Below are positions 61,461-64,000 of a stretch of 64,000 nt of DNA, piece after piece; position 1 is the first letter of the stretch, and each line of letters opens with the position of its first letter. The notes under the pieces are model-generated. The model saw nothing but the letters and a program-made list of their open reading frames with translations. It was not told the DNA's origin and did no database searches. The stretch comes from Anthoceros angustus (Eukaryota; Plantae; Anthocerotophyta). The stretch lies in assembly GCA_010909165.1 (NCBI GenBank), contig MU008169.1:930001-994000 (forward strand), given 5' to 3'. A program made the position numbers and the translations under genes.

Positions 61461-62271
61461 AGCCTTGAGTATCTCTTTGGGCCTGTACACCTAGACGCAG
61501 AAACAATTTTGTAGCGCTGAAGCATCAATAGTTATTCATAGGCATCGATAGTTGTCAAGATTTAAACCTGCTGTGCTGCACCATGATGTAGACAATTCCT
61601 GTTGTTAAAGTGGTGAGCGAAATTGGCGAAATTTCGCCGTGAAACTAGTTAAAAGATCATCCGGGCAGGCTGATTTTTTCGTGGGAAACAGTAATCTGCG
61701 ACTTCTACCTCTGTGCTCTTCGTGGGGTCAAACTCGCGACAAATTGCAGATTGATTTCAGTTTCCACAGAACATGGCCCTGCGTACTTGATGTTGTGAAA
61801 CAACCGGGCTTGTGCCTCTCCTAGCAAGGGGTTGCTCAGTTCTCCACCCAAAAATCACAGACTAAAAAACCCACAATTCTATGACGTTCATATGTACAAG
61901 ATGCCTGCCAAACAGCAGCCAAAGGTTATTTCCTCAAAGGAATGAAGATGCCAAAATCGAAGTGCTAAAATGAAGGGGCCCTTCCAAAACTAACTCGCAA
62001 CAGCAAACATATATAGGACGAGGCAAAGCAGGTTTTATAAAAGCCTCTGCTTCCCCGTCACATTTACAACAATGATGAAAATCCGCTTCCACCAGTACAC
62101 ATCAGTTAGCGACATCAGAGTGAAACCTGCCAGACATTGCCTTCGCTCCCATCGGAGTTATTTTACCAATAAAAAATGGGTGCAAATAAGAATGATTCTA
62201 CAGCTACATAAAGTTAGTTACCAAAGGTGCAGGGACAGCTGAGGACTGATTGGTTAAGCGCGTGACCTCTA

Positions 62272-63895
62272 CTACTTCTCAATGTTGCACATCTGGACTA
62301 CATCCATGCTGTAGTTGACATACTTTGTCCAAAACTCCTTGTATTGGGGCAAGGCAATGTCCAACCATGGCTTCATGTTCCCATTGTAGTGAATGACTGC
62401 TGCTTTCCTGATTTTCTCGCTACTGATGTTAGGATTGTACCCCAAGCCCAGGACATGCCACGACCTGTCCAGAGGCTTGGTTGTCTTGTAGAAAGTAAGC
62501 AAGCCTGGTGGTAGAGTCCCAAGCTTCCATAATGTGTGGTCTATGTTCTGCATGCCAATGAGAGGACACAGTAAGCACCGGACAATGCAGCCTACTCGGC
62601 ACGGCACTTCAAATAAGCAACATAGTATAGGCAGGACTCACCAGATTCTGCCAGTGGTGGTACTCTTCCGTGGACTTGTGCTTTTTCCAGGCGTCCAAGT
62701 CAAAAATATTCATCCCAAATGCCCAGCCACACGCACTTGGGTCAAAGCGAGAGCTGATCAGAGGGTTATCAAAATTCAAGTACTTGTCCAGTCTGTGGAA
62801 GGAACCAGAGCAAGTTTCCACAGCTCCATTCACGTTACCACCCAGGTTGATGTCCCAAAGTGGCGTCAAGTCCTTCTGGACAACAACATCATCGTCCAAA
62901 AATAGTATCTTGGATAGCTTCGGGTACATCTCTGGCAAGTAGAATTTGAGATAGCTGAGCATCAGATGCTTTGGGTTGCCAAACATCAGTCTACTGCTAT
63001 CCACCGTTGTATTCTCCACGTTTTTGTAGTAGTACTGCAAGTACTCCGGAGATTCCAGTTGACGCAAAAGAGGGACATAAGACGATGTCAGAAACTTGAA
63101 GTCATCCACCGACTTCACCTCCACATGAGCTTTCAACGGCGGACGCTTCTTGAACCATACTTGCATAGCTGCCACATTCATCTTGTTCGTCACTATGTGG
63201 AAGACATGCTTCTTCGTATTCTTTGTGTTTTTCACAGTAGAGTGAACCGCCACCGCTGTCCCAATCACACTATCTGAGAATATGGCATAGTGATACAGAT
63301 TAGGATCCTCAAACTGTGGGAGAGGTTCCTCCGGTCTGTACTCATCCGGCTCGGAGACACGAGCTGCCATCAGTCTCATCGACAGGCAGTGCAAACTCTT
63401 AGGTACAGACTTGGCAGCTATAAGGCTAGCAACTGCGCCGATCTTTTTCACTTTCGATAGCTGATAGTTGGTTTGAAAGAGCTGATCCTCCAACCGCTGT
63501 ATGTTGAGCTCATCATCGAAGAAATGCTTGGAATCCATGATAGCCTCCCGGGTCAACCTGAACAGCTCCTTCACATCGGTCTCGAATTTCCTGTAATGCT
63601 CCTCACTGACCTCCTCAGTCTCAAGTAAAGCCTTGTTCTCAGCTCGAGCCAGAAGCTCCGCGTAACTATCCGCCTGCTCCGAAAAAACATTCACCACCTT
63701 GGTCATGTTGAGCTTTCCCTGTCGAGCTACACCCGCATAAGCTCTGGTGATAGCAAGCCGCTCCCTGGCTTGCTTAAAGAGCTGCTGCGCCCTTATCCTG
63801 TACGGATCCGTCGATGATGACCTAATGGCGAGGAAGTTGCGAGCATACGAATGCTGGGAATCCTCACTACCTTCAACATCCACAGTTGTCCCGAC
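62272..63895 (-). CDS. Second GAUT8-like galacturonosyltransferase, 5'-partial; exons 63895-62642 and 62547-62272, first exon beyond window
   Basis: Co-linear with 39183-41171 and has the same two intron positions. FLDDD, LWKLGTLPPGL and HYNGNMKPW are retained. Confidence 0.92.
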
Positions 63896-64000
63896 CTGCC
63901 GGGAAACACCACACGCCCGTCAGCTCAGAAACAAACAGACACCACCGCAGCTGAAGCAGCTAGTCTCCACAGTCCTCACAGCAACACAGATCTAACAAAA

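Noticed and set aside
39183-63895. Biosynthetic gene cluster (two GAUTs, RPN1, DUF962, P5CR)
   Set aside because: Functions are unrelated housekeeping roles; proximity is explained by genome compactness and one local duplication.

Overview
Eukaryotic nuclear DNA from a compact land-plant genome. Short GT-AG introns, GC-rich exons and plant-type proteins suggest a non-seed plant such as a hornwort or lycophyte (inference). About 1-29 kb is a transposon island. It is dominated by one fully delimited 17,549-bp En/Spm(CACTA)-superfamily element (63-17611). That element has perfect 30-bp TIRs beginning CCCTA rather than CACTA, a TCT target duplication, only the N-terminal part of the transposase, two divergently oriented TnpA-like genes and three 1.7-2.0 kb internal tandem duplications. 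It is followed by LTR-like repeats and a decayed Ty1/copia element with an extra intact ORF between PBS and gag. About 29-64 kb is gene-dense: eIF5 with uORFs, a zinc-finger/UBA gene, two GAUT8-like paralogs, MBP2C-like, OCP3-like, a DUF962/Mpo1-like gene, P5CR, intronless ribophorin I and SF3A3. It is interrupted by a CRE-type non-LTR fragment, a low-GC island, a Gypsy integrase remnant and a 48-bp perfect hairpin. The repeat island is rich in small indels and may be partly unpolished long-read consensus. All homology calls are motif recognition by eye, not database searches.
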